Source of the DNA: Isurus oxyrinchus | Taxonomy: Eukaryota | Direction: 5' to 3' | Length of the DNA: 64,000 nt | NCBI GenBank assembly: GCA_026770705.1 | Contig: JANJGN010000003.1 | Span: forward strand, 115,382,001-115,446,000 | Part shown: one piece after another, positions 1 through 13,919 of the stretch | Layout of the letters: every line of letters begins with the position of its first letter | How positions within the stretch are numbered: position 1 is the first letter of the stretch | The notes under the pieces: model-generated | Databases searched by the model: none | What the model saw: the letters and a program-made list of their open reading frames with translations, nothing else | What the model was told of the DNA's origin: nothing | Program-made: the position numbers and the translations under genes

Positions 1-23
1 GAAGCAGACTCCACTGACTATTT

Positions 24-1517
24 TGTTATGAAACATTCATATTTTTCATAATAGTGTTGTGGGGTATTGTAAGGAAGGTTTATGGTTGGGAGTGTTGATG
101 GTTTTGCCTGTGTGACTGATCTAAATGAATTAGAGTCAGGTAGGCTGCAAGGTTGAAATTATCAAAAGAGTTAGGTGTAAAACAGACTTTTGAAATGAAA
201 ATGGGCAAGTGAGGGTGAGGATGAAATTTGATTTTAAGATAATTGGGGAGTTGTATGATTTTCAAAGGGTGGTAGGATGTTTAGAACTAACAAGGTAAGC
301 AAGGCCAAGCAGTGTGTTTATTTTTCTCAAAGGTACTGACAATATTGGCAACATGAAAGATTTTTATATTATGAGAAAAGTAAATTTCCCAAGACATGTA
401 GAACAATGGGATTTTACACATGAAAAAAGGATGGAATGGAAGGCCATGGGGGTGTGGCCGTGTAACACCTTGAAAGATACGGGTTCATGTAAAGCAGCCT
501 TGGGGAAAAGCCTCTAACCACCTTTGCAGAGGTCTGCTGTATCCAAAGCCATTGGAATTCCAGTGTCGAGTAGCTGCTGTGGTAATCTTGCTAGATTGCT
601 TGTGTAAATTTAAAATCAATTTTGGACTTTTCCCTTAAAGTGGGTGGGTTGTTGGGCATCAGATTAATTAGGAATTTTGAGATTTGTTATAATATCAAGT
701 AACTGTAATCTTATGTATGGGCAGAAGTTTTACTTTGGCGGGCAGGCACGTGACCGACCCACTCGAGTGCAAAATGACACGGGTTGACATCAGGCAAGCA
801 TCCCGGCATCAATGTGCAGTCACGCAATATTTCGGTTGGTTGACGTCTGCGAGAATCGACAACGCGCCTGCTGACAATTAAGAGGCCTGTTAAGGCCACC
901 AACAAGGTAACTAAAGACATTTTTCACTGTCTGTCTAACCTTATGGTTGGTGGGCAGGTGAAAAGGCCAAGCGGCCTTTGCACTTTTTTGGAAACCTCAT
1001 CCACAGGCAGGATGAGGTTTCCAACATCAAATAAAAACGAAATAAAATTTTTCAAATTTCATTTATAATATGTCCATAATCATGTGACAGGGGGGACATG
1101 TTTTATAATATTTTTAAAATTTTTATTTTTTTTAACCCTTTATCTCCCTGAGGCAGCTCTGTGCCTCAGGGAGATTTTCAAGCGCGCACTCACACGCATG
1201 TGCGAAGTTCATGCTTGCCCTGCTCACCCTCCTCCCCGGCCATGATCACAGGCAGTGATTGGCTTCCCAACTGGCCCCGCCCACCCCTGCCAAGGCCAAA
1301 ATTCTGCCCTATGTCTTTGAATTCTTTTCTTTTGTTAATAAAATGTTTTAATTTAATTTTTAAAATCACTAAAGAGGTTAGTAAACTCCTTACTTCTAAA
1401 TTCAGTGCACAAATCTTCTCACACTAAATAGAAATTGCAAAACCATTGTGATAGTGTGGCCAGGTTTACCTTGTGGATTTGGTCTGCCTGGCACATAACA
1501 CCTGCCTCATCATAACA
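24..1517 (+). mobile_element. Solo LTR (family L-A), interrupted by a MITE
   Basis: Termini TGTTATG...CATAACA, flanked by 4-bp TSD ATTT (20-23, 1518-1521). A homologous uninterrupted copy lies reversed at 46013-46946. Confidence 0.85.
719..1309. mobile_element. PIF/Harbinger-type MITE
   Basis: TIRs GGGCAGAAGTTTT / AAAATTCTGCCC and 3-bp TSD TAT (716-718, 1310-1312). The empty site is visible in the second L-A LTR near 46200. TIRs are shared with the larger Harbinger copies. Confidence 0.85.
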
Positions 1518-1529
1518 ATTTAACCTAAT

Positions 1530-2181
1530 TACTTTAAACAATGCACCTGGAATGAGGGGGTCCCCAGCTTGCTATGACCATATTTGGCAACTGGCTAATT
1601 TGTAAATGGAGGGCAAGTGATAACAAGCTAGCCCTTTGTGGTAAATATCTGAAAGTGTGTTCTCCAATTACAGTAGTGGAAGCTCCCGAGACTACTTTCA
1701 TTTTTACTAGTTTACCATTCACCTGTATGTAACAAATATTGGCTCTGTCTTACCAACTTTCATGTTAAACAATGAAAAATGTCAGAATTTGTTGTTTCAG
1801 AGTCTTCTACACTGAAGCTTTGGAGCTGCAGCATTCCACACGAATCAGGAAATCACCTGAAAGACTGAACTTGTAAATTTCATGACCTGTGTAAATATAA
1901 TGTCATGAGATAAATATACTTGTAAATACAATATGTACAGCAAAGTTAAAGGGGGAGGAATGTAGTAATTATGGTTTTGCTAAATGTTAGACTATACCTC
2001 TAAGAATAGTCCTGTGATGTAAGATCACATGATCTGTGTAAACCAATGTGTTAGCAGTGTGGGCTACCTCCACAGTGTAGAGATAGAGATGGAGTTGAAA
2101 ACACACGTGTGGTTGCTGCTGGCTGTAGAAAGTTGTCTGCAGATCAACTCTATTACAAATAGGTGACAAGACCACACTACA
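1530..2181. mobile_element. Rearranged Gypsy remnant: inverted protease fragment, PPT and short LTR
   Basis: Minus ORF 1534-1722 (NGKLVKMKVVSGASTTVIGEHTF) matches the Gypsy protease at 28962-29147. PPT AAAGGGGGAGGAA precedes TGTAGT...ACTACA (1961-2181). Confidence 0.7.
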
Positions 2182-3264
2182 GCAATTGACAAGCAAATTC
2201 TTTAAAAAAAACACCTGTTGTGGTCACCCAAGAAGTGGAAAGAGAGGGGAACCATTCTACCACTTCTCACCTGGCTGTAACACTACCTTACAAAAAGGTA
2301 TAACTATGCCATCCATGTGCTGCCCTGTAAAGAATAGGTTTAGAAGACTATATCAGTACTATATCAATGAAAGATCAGTGTAGGATTTAAAATATGATTA
2401 TACCTTGGAAGATAATTATTAAATAACTGCCAGTTTTTCTGTTTCATTTTGTAGTATATTATGATTGGATTCTTGAAATTAAATGCTTATGAAAATACAT
2501 AGGTGCATTTGATTGAAAGTTACATTCTATATCTTTTTCAAAAATCAGTCCTTTTTGATTTTATTGCAACTAAAGATTTAACATATAATAACTTTTTTTT
2601 GATGAGACACAGCTGAATCTTATGTGGATGTCAGTTCTGAGAATGAACACTGTTTTACACTTTTGACATTCAGTGTCAGCTTTAAGTACACTTGAGTCAG
2701 CTCTAGCATAACATTTGAACAAATGTGTCCAGCTTTTAATTCCCCAGTCTTAATTTTTCTGCTCCTCACACCAGCCATCCTTTAAAGCTCGCTTTAGTTA
2801 AATTTGAAAGATAGTGACAATCAGCCTTGCATTGTGGTCAGTTTTGTGCTAAAGAGTTGACTTGTTTGAATCTGTAATGAAAACAACTGAGTTAAGACTA
2901 TCTGCGTTGACTTCATATCAGATGCTTAAGCTAACAAAGGGAAGAACATTTCATCTCGTGGATCCAGTTGGATCTATATTTGTCCCCTTAGCATAAAAAT
3001 AGTGTGCTTACCCATTGTGCTGTTCAGTTTCTGATCACAATATTACAGCATTATTAAAAGACTCAGGTTCTGCACTCTACAGCACCTTACCCTGTTTCAG
3101 TGTTTATCTAAGAATTATGCCTGTGCAGCCTTAATTGTTTTGAAAAACCTATCACACTGGGTTGCTACCTGATTGAGGGCTGCCATCTTGATTGTGTTTC
3201 TAGGGCTAGGTTAACACTTTTTCACTCAGTCTTCATTCCATCACATCTAAGGATCCACTGAAAG

Positions 3265-3670
3265 CAATAGCTTAGAAGAATAAGGGCAGCAGACACACGG
3301 CAACACCACCACCTGTAAGTTCCCTTTCAAGTCACAGACCATCCTGATTTGGAATTATATTGTCATTCCTTCTGAGTCAAAGGGTGGGATTTACCGGCCC
3401 CACCTGCTGCAGGAATCATCTGATACCACCAAAAGTCAATGGACTTTTGACTGGGCCGCCGAATCTCCCAAGGCAGGTTCTGCCACGACGGGACCGGAAA
3501 ATGCGGGCCAAGATCTTGGAACTCCCTCTCTTACAGCACTGTGGGTGTACCGCCATCACATGCACTTTGCACTGCATTGGTTCAAGAAGAAGTTCACCAT
3601 CAACTTCTCAAAGACAATTAGGCAGAAGCAATAAATGCGGTCCTTGCCAGTGATGCTCACATCCCATGAA
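3265..3670 (+). mobile_element. CR1-type LINE (family A) 3' end with a small MITE-like insert at about 3381-3509
   Basis: Matches the tail seen at 32620-32895 and 15033-15287. The insert has TIR-like ends GGGTGGGATTTACC / GGAAAATGCGGGCC. Confidence 0.7.
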
Positions 3671-5103
3671 TTAGCCAAGCCTAAACAATCAAGGATCACA
3701 TTTCTCCACTACTATGGAAACAAAAAAAAAATCAGATCCCAATTACTCGGTAACCTTGAAAACCAAAATTTTAATTATTACATTGTGTGTTTGTATCAGT
3801 CATCTGAATCTAGCCTTTTAGTTGGCTGTTTATCAATCAATAAAACCACATCCCAACTTCAAATGGTAATTGGGAGCATATAATAAGGGCAGGTTAAAAA
3901 TTTTAAAATAAAGTAAAAGAACAAGAAAAATAGTTTATATTGGTAGAGATAAAAAAGGTAGATACTAGAAAAGTATAAAGTTATTTATTAATATATGAGA
4001 CGAAGTTAGAGAGTAGGGGAATAAAAGAGGAAAAATGATATGTCAGGAGAAGCAAAGGTAAGAGTTCATTTTTTATTCTTGTTAATTTACAAGTATAGTT
4101 CAGTCGAATATCACAGCAGTAAAGCTGCCTCTTACCTTAGTTTTTTTTGTTGCAATATTATTGTTAATTTTGACAGGGGTGTAAAATGGGTAATAGTGGA
4201 TTGGCCGATCATTATCCACCCCACCTAACTAATAGAAAGGAAAATCAGGTGAGATGTATATCAGACAGCCAATTCCCTGTCACCCATTTTAATTCCCTAC
4301 AATAGTAAGCTCAACCTTGGTATTGCATCAATAAAATTACTGAAACCTAAGGGGCAGTTTTACTGTTGTGATATTCATTATATGGCAGTAACTCAGGCTG
4401 TGATAATATTGCCTTAATGACAGAAGCAAAATAAGTATAGCTGGATCATTATGGAAATAGTTCAGTTGTTGTGAACTGAGCTGCTAAACTGTTTTCGAGA
4501 TAAAACAGACAGAAGATGTCCTTGTACTCTAAATATAAAAAGGTCACTGCATTGTGTAATTGCACAATTGCTTTTACTTTAATTCCCAATCATAACTTTT
4601 TGTTTTACTGGAGACTTCCCAAAAGAATGAAAATTATTTGAATTGTGTTCACTCTTGTTGATCCAAACTGAAACAACATGGGTTTCCACAACTAGCCACA
4701 ATGTGGTTGCTCACAGAATCCTTGTCTGCACTTGATATGTTTCTAATCAAAAATAGTTTACCATCTAGTAGAGTGCAATAGCAGCTAAGGGTCTTACTTC
4801 ACAATGCCAGTGTGTGTTTAAATATACTGTGTAATCAGGCATTTCGGATTTTCAAGCATCATATCCAATTTTAGATTATCAGAAATGGCAGTGGAAACAT
4901 AATATGTTGCAATTATTTTATGATTCAAATAAGCTTTTGGAGAATTTTAGAAATATAATCATGAAAAAGAAAGCATTGTATCCCCCAAACCATTATTTCA
5001 ATTTGAGAGTCTCTTTCATATAGAAGCACAGTGTTTGAATTTCTATACAAATCTCTTTGTGATGTTGAAATTGCACCAGATTTGCTTTTCCTCAGGCTTC
5101 TTT

Positions 5104-5137
5104 GATTGGCTCAAGCTTGTGTCATTGCCATGGTAAC
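5104..5137. promoter_or_regulatory. Candidate RFX X-box next to a CCAAT box
   Basis: ATTGCCATGGTAAC (5124-5137) is close to the X-box consensus GTTGCCATGGCAAC. GATTGG (reverse CCAAT) lies at 5104-5109. Both are in non-repetitive-looking sequence. Motif match only. Confidence 0.3.
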
Positions 5138-5490
5138 AGCTCAGTTCAGGAGGTTATTAACATGTTTCTTTCTGCACACTTCTGCCTGTAGTATGATTTA
5201 GCACCTTCGAATCTCACTCTAAAACTGACTACTTTATTTGAATCCTGAGGATCACGTGATTTATCAATTCTTGGGTGAGTTGTGGTTGGGATTCTTCATG
5301 ACAGCAGAACCCCTCTTATGGAGAGTGTGACAGTGTTAACTGCTCTGGCCAGCCAAGCATACAATGGCATTAATATCAGTGTCATGGGCCCAAATTTCCT
5401 TTTTGGGCCACAAATATTTTCCTTCTTGAGTTCTCTGCCCGAAGGCAGGTCTGACCCATAGTACCATGACCTCCACCATGGATAGGGCAA

Positions 5491-5810
5491 GGTTTGTAGT
5501 GCAGTGGATAGTGTCCCTGCCTCTGAATCAGAAGCTCTGGGTTCAAGTCCCATTCCAGGATTTGATGGTCAGGGAAGGTGCATTCATAATGCAGCCAAAC
5601 AGGTTGAGATTGGACTTGTAAATTCTTCCAACATATGCTAATGGAAGGCAGTAGGAACAGGAGAGATTCCTGGTCAGCCATGTGATGCAAAAAATTGGAA
5701 CTCCTATCATCAACAACCATAGCTTCTGGCTACAACATGCATGTAAAACTGTAAGTTGCCACAGCAACCTCAGATACATAAAAGGAACAAAATTAGGTAC
5801 AATGGCATTC
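5491..5810 (+). mobile_element. tRNA-derived SINE
   Basis: A-box-like TGTAGTGCAGTGG, anticodon-arm-like CTGCCTCTGAATCAG and B box GGTTCAAGTCC, followed by a non-tRNA body. The 3' end is approximate. Confidence 0.6.
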
Positions 5811-6144
5811 AGTAGAATCAATAATTTACTGCTGAATTCTGTGCACATAGACATTTTGTGGCAATGAATTTAGCCCCTTAATACCTATTGAATTACCATC
5901 ATGACAAGTATTCAGAAAAAGAAATGAAGAAATTGAAGAAATGCTCATGTTGACATATACCCTTTTCTCCTGGTTTCAATAAATGTTAACATTTATGAAA
6001 AAAGCAATAAAATCTTTATGGTTGAAGGAAAGACAAAACAGATATGGTTGAAATCGTTTTAAGTGTTTCTCAATTTTTAATTAATTTGACTCGTGCTCTT
6101 AGATTAAATTAGGTAAATTTTAATTATTTGTAGTTGTTAAATTC

Positions 6145-7445
6145 CTACGGTGGAATCTTCTGCACACGGTCCCCGCGTTCTGGCAGCGACTATTTGTGGG
6201 TTGGGAACCCAATTCCCTAATTATCAGGAAATCCCAGAGTCACGGTGTTAGCATTCTGCCTCCAGGTTCCCCTACCAGTCGTGCCCGTTCTGCCAAAGGC
6301 AGGATTTCTAATTAAAGGGACTATGACTTGGTTTACAGTGGGTCACCAATACTTGGATTTTTGAGGCTGAAACCACAGGAATCAAGAGGCAACCTGGAAG
6401 GGCTACTCCCTAATGTCTTACACTCAAACTAGGTGGTCCTTTTGTGATATCTGAGAGGTTGCAGTGATGTGGGTTCTCCAAAGGAGAAGAAGAGGAGGAC
6501 AATTTCTCCAACCAAGCAAGTGTGAGTATAAGGGCTGTGGAAGTCAGCAGCAGGACTATAGTCCCTCAGCCTGGTGGCAGTGCACCAAGAGGATCCAGGA
6601 GGGTGGGAAAGGTGAGTGGTGCAGGTGCCAGCCCCCACACTTCCACTTGCCTGACATTCTGCTGCACATCGCTCCTCAGAACAACACTCCTTGGAGCTCC
6701 ATTCATTCCTCTCTCTTCAGGCACCTGCCATGCCCATCTGAACAGCCAACACACACACAGACCTTTATCCTATTGCCCTCTTGTACCCATGCCTCACAGT
6801 CACCCTCTGCAAATGGTGGCCTTACCTCCTCGCCACATAATTACAGGTGCCCCCATCTCTCTGCTTTCTCTTCTTGGTAGAAAAGAGAGCACAAAATTTG
6901 GCCGGAGGCAGAGACCTGGTAAAGGGTTGGGGTGTGGTGGGGCTGTGGGGGGTTGACTCTCCAGAGACAGGCAACTTATCTGTGAAGAAGGTCTTGTTCC
7001 ACAGAGACCTGGCATAGGAGACTGAACCTGCTGAGGCACTGATGGTCAGCCAAGTTAAGGGAGCCAATCCTTTGCATATAAACCCTGTGTTGGAGGGTTT
7101 CACCTCCTTTCAGCTGGATCACTGTGTCTATCCCATGTTCCCCATGGAGAAGCATGCAGCTAAGGAAAGGTAGTTGGTGCTTCTGGTGTTGCTCCTGCTG
7201 CTGCTGGAACTCTTGGTCGTGGAAAGGCTCCTGATATTGTTGCTCATCCAAGGTGGAAGGTTCTTAATTGACTTCTGAACTACCTTAATTACTTATCGAT
7301 AGATCCAAGGGGATTCATTCCCCTCTTGCTTTCAATCCTGCCCCATAGAAACCAAGAAGAGGGCAGGAAGATCTTGATCCAATGTGATTTTCAGGGGATT
7401 TAACTCACAGCAAGCATGCAAAGTCTGGCTGGGCAAATTCCCCAC
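6145..7445. mobile_element. Degenerate, internally deleted PIF/Harbinger element
   Basis: Minus ORF 6976-7251 has RVYMQRIGSLNLADHQCLSRF, resembling the transposase N-terminus at 20448-20801. A Myb-partner-like exon lies on + near 6480-6615 with a GTGAGT donor. Confidence 0.55.
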
Positions 7446-7699
7446 TCTCCCATAGTGTCTGGGACACTGGGGTTATCCATAACAAGATACAATTTGTAGA
7501 TCCTCATTTCTTTCAGCTGGACTCTCTTCCCCATGCATTGGCTCCCTAGAGCTCACACTTCTAAAGTAAGATTGGTAGGATCAGAATCATTATATGTACA
7601 CCAAGTTGATGTCAGTCATAGATGCCTTTTAGGCCAGGGTATTTCAAATGACAGGGTTTCCCATCCCAGAAGTCAGTAAGGAAGACATCCCTGTGACTC

Positions 7700-8405
7700 T
7701 ACCTGCCCCACAGCCACTTAATGCTTGAATGAGCATCAATTTACAGGCGCGACTTCCGCCCCTCACTCTGGAGGAAGTCCCGACTTAGAGAGCTGCCAGC
7801 CATGATTGGCCGGCAGCTCTCTTAGGTGGGACTTCATTCTGACTGAGGGGTGGAAGTCCTGCCTGCAGCCAAATGATGCCCATTCGAGCGTGAAATAGCT
7901 GCGGGGTAGGCAGAGCCAGCAGCGATGTCTTCCCTGCTAACTCTTCAGATGGCAGGATGGGAAACCCTGCCATTTGAAATATCCTGGCCTCAGTCCCAGG
8001 AGAGAAAGGAAAGGTTTGTTTCAGGGCCATATGGTGGGGTAGGTAGGGAAGGTCTCAGGACGGTGGTGGATACTGGGTGATTGGGGTGTTGGGGGAGAGG
8101 CCAGCGGAGGAGGGAGGTCCAGTGGCCACCAGATCACCCCACCTGTGTGGGGACACCCAAAGTTAGAAGGGAGCTTCTGATGGAGGCACCTCTCACTTCC
8201 CAACCGAGGCCTAAGCTCAGTCATTTTCAGGTTTTCCCCATGCCCGGGAAATCCTGCCAGCCTAAAAATTGAAGATGGGCAGGAAATGGCCCTTAAGTGG
8301 CCAAGAATCACTGCTAGGTAGGGGTGGGTGGGCACCCGTTGGGAAGCCCATTTGTCCTTTTTCACACTCTTAAAACCCATTAGTGGAGGAGTGTGAATTC
8401 AGGCC
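7700..8405. mobile_element. Non-autonomous Harbinger-like/MITE fragment
   Basis: GC-rich subterminal motifs resemble the other Harbinger ends, and it terminates in GAATTCAGGCC. Confidence 0.4.
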
Positions 8406-8680
8406 TCGGTCTATTACAAATGCCAATTTTGATTATAAAGAAATTGGCATCATGAAATTATATTTACTGAAGGAGTCTGTTTAGAAATAATTCAAGGAAT
8501 TCAAGGATATCTTTCCTTCTTTAATGTTTTATTTTGGATGGGCAATTAGGGATGGGCAATAAATGCTGGCCTGGCCAGTGACATCCCTATCCCATAAGAA
8601 AAAATCACCACCTGGATAGAAAGCATGCAGCTATAACCATAAATATAAATTAAGGCCAATCAAATTTGCTACAGGTTTCC

Positions 8681-10312
8681 TTCATGTTGAGGATACCCAT
8701 CATCGTATTGTGTGGCACCACCACCGTGCTAAATGGGATAGATTTCAAACAGATCTAGCAACTCAAGGCTGGACATCCATGAGGCACTGTGGGCCATCAG
8801 CACCAGCAGAATTGTCCCCAAACACAATCTGTAACCTCATGGCCCAGCATATATCCAACTCTGCCATTACCATCAAGCCAGGGGATCAGCCCTGGTTCAA
8901 TGAAGTGTGCAAGAGGACATGCCAGGAGCAGCACCAGGCATACCTAAAAATGAAGTGTCAACCTGGTGAAGCTATAACACTTGACTACTTGCATGCCAAA
9001 CAGCATAAGCAGCAAGACAGAGATAAGCGAGTCCACAAGCAACAGATCAAATCTACACTCTGCAGTCCTGCCACATTCAGTCATGAATGGTGGTGGGCAA
9101 TTAAACAACTCACTGGAGGAAGAGGCTCCACAAATATCCCATCCTCAATGATGGGGGAGCCCAGCATATCAATGCAAAAGATGAGGCTGAAGCATTTGCG
9201 ACAATCATCAGCCAGAAGTGCCGAGTGGATGATCCACCTCTTCCTCCTCTGGAGGAGGACCCCAGCATCATGGATGCCAGTCTTCAGCCAATTTGATTCA
9301 CTCCATGTGATATCAAGAAATGGCAGCAAGCACTGAATACTGCAAAGACTATGAGGCCTGGAAATATTCCGGCATTAGTACTGAAAAGTTGTGCTCCAGA
9401 ACTTGCCATGTCCCTAGCCAAAATGTTTCAGTACAGCTACAACATTGGAATCTACCCTGCTATGTGGAAAATTGTCCAGGTATGTTCTGTACACAAAAAG
9501 CAGGACAAATCCAACCCAACCAATTACAGCACCATCAGTCTACTCTCCATCATCAGTAAAGTGATGGAAGGGGTCATCCATAGTGCTATCAAATGGCACT
9601 TGCTTAGTTATAACCTGCTCACTGACCCTCAGTTTGGGTCCTGCCAGGGCTACTCAGTCACTCAGCTTCTGACCTCATTACAGCCTTGGTTCAAACATGG
9701 ACAAAAGAGCTGAACTCCAGAGGTGAGGTGAGAGTGACTGCCCTTGGCATCAAGGCAGCATTTGATTGAGTGTGGCATCAAGGAGCACTAGTAAAACTGG
9801 AATCAATAGGAATCAGGGGGAAAACTCTCTGCTGGTTGGAGTCATACCTAGCAGAAAGGAAGATGTTTATGGTTGATGGAGGTCAATTTTCAGTTCCAGG
9901 ACATCATTGCAGGAGTTCCTCAGGGTAGTGTCCTAGGCCGAACCATTTTCAGCTGCTTCAACAAAGACCTTCCTTCCATCATAAGGTCAGAAGTGGGGAT
10001 GTTCGCTGATGATTGCACAATGTTCAGCACCATTTGCAACTCTTCAGATACTGAAGCAGTTCCTGTCCAAATGCAACAAGACCTGGACAATATCCAGGCA
10101 TGGGCCGATAAGTGGCAAATAAGTTTCACACCACACAAGTGCCAGACAATGACCATCTCCAGCAAGAGTGAATCTAACCATTGCCCCTTGACACCACAGG
10201 GGCTGCAGCGGTTCAAGAAGGCAGCTCACCACTACCTTCTGAAGGACAATTAGGGATGGGCAATAAATGCTGGCCTAGCCAGTGATGCCCACATCCCATA
10301 AATGAATTTAAA
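8681..10312 (+). mobile_element. 5'-truncated, internally deleted CR1-type LINE (family A), RT pseudogene
   Basis: ORFs carry PWFN, NPTNYSTISLLS, GVPQGSVLG and FADD motifs. Tail GGGATGGGCAATAAATGCTGGCC. Internal deletion near 10190. Confidence 0.9.
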
Positions 10313-11819
10313 GAAATCACCATCCACATAGAAAACATGCAACTATAACAATAAATATAAATTAAGGCCAATCAAATTTGCTACAGGCTTCCCATGTAAG
10401 AAATGCATTTAAACCTGAAACCTCTTTCAAAGATCACCAGCTACAGGATATAGCAAGAGTTTTACATTTAAATTTACATACAACTTGGAACATACCTCAG
10501 ATATATTCACATTATCATTGTGAGGAGATGAAGAAGGTCTGAATCAAAGCAGGAGTGGTAATGCTTGCCAGCGGAACTCCTTAGGTGGAACAACTGTGAT
10601 TTGTGCCTATCATACTGCTAGTTTGTTGAAACATTTAAAGAGGTCCCATCTCAGATTGCACAATTATGTGGAGAGAACTTAAGTGATATTGTGTGTAATT
10701 AGTTTGAGAACAAGTTAGTTGTTCTGCATTTCAGTTTTAAGTTCAGCTCATTGGCTGCATACCCTGGATCATCATTTTGCTTTTTGGACATATTTCTAAT
10801 TAAGATAATGATTTAATAATAAGCACTTTTTAGTAGATGTGATCTATCTGCTTTTTGCCATTTGAGTAAAACACAGTCCAATTCATTTGAGTTAAAGATC
10901 TTTTGTGACTTCCTCTCAACCAATTGAAATGACAAACTTTCAAATGTTGCTCAGGAACTCATATTTTTGCTGTTTCACTGCTCTGATGAGCTCCACTTGC
11001 TCTGTTGCAGTGTACATATGTTCAAGGTGATTTGGTTTTGTAGTATCCAATAGAAGTAGGATTGAGCTACACTAATCCCTCTTTTGATCTCTGAAGTATA
11101 ATCACTGCAGAAATCAGGTCATCACAAGATAGCTCATGATGTGGAAATAATGCAAAGACATCTCCTTTGACTGCAGGGTTTTGACAAAAAAAGGAAACAT
11201 CCTTCTGAAGGAGTAGCCTTGTGATGTCGAATGAAGAGATACTTTAATAACAGAGCTCATTTAAATCATCATTTCTTGTGATTTCACAGCTGCAGTTGGA
11301 GATAATCAGGCAGCTGAATCCCCCACCAAAAGGGGCTCGGCCTGATGTCTGCTATATGACAGCTATTAGCTGCACTTCCAGTGACAGCTGCTCACGTTTC
11401 AAACTGAGTAGTCACAAAGATCAATCCAGCTGGAGTTGCAGAGAAAAAGACTTCCAATGCAAAGCTGTCTGAATATATTCAATTATATATTTTTTTCATA
11501 ATTTATAAGTTTATAAGTTTACCATTCACTGTTTCTTATCCTCGTGCCAACTTTATATTTTTTAAGAAAAGGTAGCTTATTTTAAAGCTGACAACACTAC
11601 CCATTATTTTGGAACATAAGGGTTGTGTTTAAACATCAGGATTTATCGAGTGAGTAATGATCAACTGTACGGCTGGTAGCAATATTTACGTACTGCCCAC
11701 AATTTTTTTTTTATTCTGTTCTCTTGTTCTTTAATTGTGTGTTAAATCCTCCCTTTCCTGAAGTATGCTGCCTATGGTTCCATGTCAGGCTATTTTGCCC
11801 AAGGGAAATAATACTTGGG

Positions 11820-12480
11820 GGGGAGGTGGGGGTGATTTTATGGAGCCTGCAAGAGCAGGAAACATGGCATGCAGGGTGACTGAATTTGGCAGGAGTAAAA
11901 ATTTCAATTTCCCAACAGTGAGCTGCGAAGATTAAGTCAGCGGTGTGTTTGTGGCATTTCAGGTCTCACGTGGTCATGTGGCGGGTTCCCACTTGTAATA
12001 TGTTTGCCTGCCTGAATGCTCATCACTGTAAAGCTTCTTTGAATTGCATCCTCCTTCAAAGATAAAGTCAGAGGTGCAAAAGAATCTTGTGGCGCCTGGA
12101 TCATGTTCATTTAAAAATGGCCTGCAGCATTTGGCTTTGTGCAATTGTGTCTGAGGTCAGCAGTTTTTGTTGTTGAACACCATAGCACAAGGGGCAAGGG
12201 GATGGGAGCAGGAGAACGGCAGCTTGCATGGAGTTTTGGGGCCATCAGTGGTGGGTGGGACGCGGGGGGGTGTGCTGTGTGTGGAGTGGGCTCGAGGGCA
12301 TGGAGGAGTGGGGGTCCAAGGAAGGACAGAGGGTGTGGTCGGATGCATGGAGGAATGGAAATGGGAAGGGCCTGGCATCCTGTGTGTGGTGGGAACAGTC
12401 AATCAGGTAAGAAAATGGGGGGCCTAAAGGTCGGTGTCAGTACTGTCCAAATGTGTGTCCATCTCATGGTGTTGGCTGGC
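11820..12480. mobile_element. Degenerate Harbinger-like terminal fragment
   Basis: Weak similarity to other Harbinger subterminal sequences. Confidence 0.3.
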
Positions 12481-13239
12481 AGGGTCCTTACAGGGCTTTG
12501 AGTTCAATTATACCCACTGAGAGTGATCTTGGACACTGTCCTTTACAATGCTTAGAAGGGAGGGCCAGCTGAGCCTGCAAGATCAGCCATGTCCACAGAG
12601 TGGCGAGTACAATACTGGACACTAATATGAACATTCGATAAAGAGTGAATGCAAAAACACCATTGTTTTTCCCACAATTACGAAATGTCCCTAATTCTTG
12701 CATAACTATCAACAAATGCCAACACTGAGGCGTGCCAGTACATTTAGCTCTCTGACTAAACTAGTCTCAACAAATAGCGATGATGCTCATATGAATAAAG
12801 CGAAACCAACGTAATGTGAAATATTTGTAAGTTAATTTTAAATTTGAAAAGCACTTGTGCCACTGTTGTTCTCTTAATAAGTCTTAGGTTAATGGCAATG
12901 AAGTTGGGTTGGAAAATTTTGGCCATGATGCAGAGCCTCCCCATTTGACCGGAATCTCTTTTATCACCCACCCAAAGCTGCTGCATTGTCAGCTGACAGC
13001 AGGTTTCACCACTGATAAGTTTCTCCTGCCACATGATCACATGTTTCCTGTCATGACCATGTATTCTATCCCTGAATTACTTATGGGCATATTGAACATT
13101 TAAGTAAGATGTGTTTTTTTAAAAAAAGCAAAAGCTGGCTGAGACTGTAAAGTAACCACTTGCTGGAAAATTCCAGTGTCAATTACTCGACCAGCTAATT
13201 CAGAAAGTTGAATTTCACCCTTGGTGTGTGTACCAAGTC

Positions 13240-13897
13240 GGGGGCCCCAGAAGCAGATGCGAAATGTGCTTCCACCCGCAATCGGCCCCTGAATGCAATT
13301 TCATGCTGGCTGGCCAATTAACGGCCAGCCAGCATTAAACGAGCGCTGAGAAAGCCTCAATGCTGCCGAGGAGGGCGGGAAGAGGGTGGGCGCCAACAAA
13401 AGTGAGAGTGTGGGTGGGCTGTTCTAGCAAGCTCCCTGAAGGCAGACAGCTGCTGCAGCTGCAGACCTGGACAGATTAAATGAGAAGAGTAAAATGCAGC
13501 AAACAGTGTCTATGCAGCACATTCATGCACCTGACAGCAGAACTCAAAAAACATCAGTCCCCAGATATCATTTTTTATTATATTTCACCCTGGATATTTC
13601 ACCCCGCACTTGGATGAGGTTACGTTAAAAGCAGGCTGGCTAACTGCTTGTTTTGCCCATGTGATGAGTGTGAAATTGCACAGGCAACATAAAATCATGG
13701 AGAATAGGGTTTTTAATAGCCTTAATTGGCATTTTAATTGTCAACATGCGTGGCTCTGACTCTCGCGCGTGCCCGCCGGTCTCAATATTGCTCGCATGCA
13801 CAGTGATGTTGGGATGCATGCCTGATGTCATTTCACACAATTTCATGTGCGTTTGGGTTAGGCTTGTCCCCACCCGATCAACGCAAGATTCTGGCCA
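13240..13897. mobile_element. Harbinger-type MITE related to 719-1309, reverse orientation
   Basis: Shared subterminal blocks (GCTGGCCAATTAA, GGATGAGGTT) and a right end AAGATTCTGGCC. Confidence 0.65.
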
Positions 13898-13919
13898 GCG
13901 AGAACAGAATGCAACATTG

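Noticed and set aside
5494-5566. Possible tRNA gene
   Set aside because: No proper acceptor stem or Pol III terminator; it continues into a SINE body.
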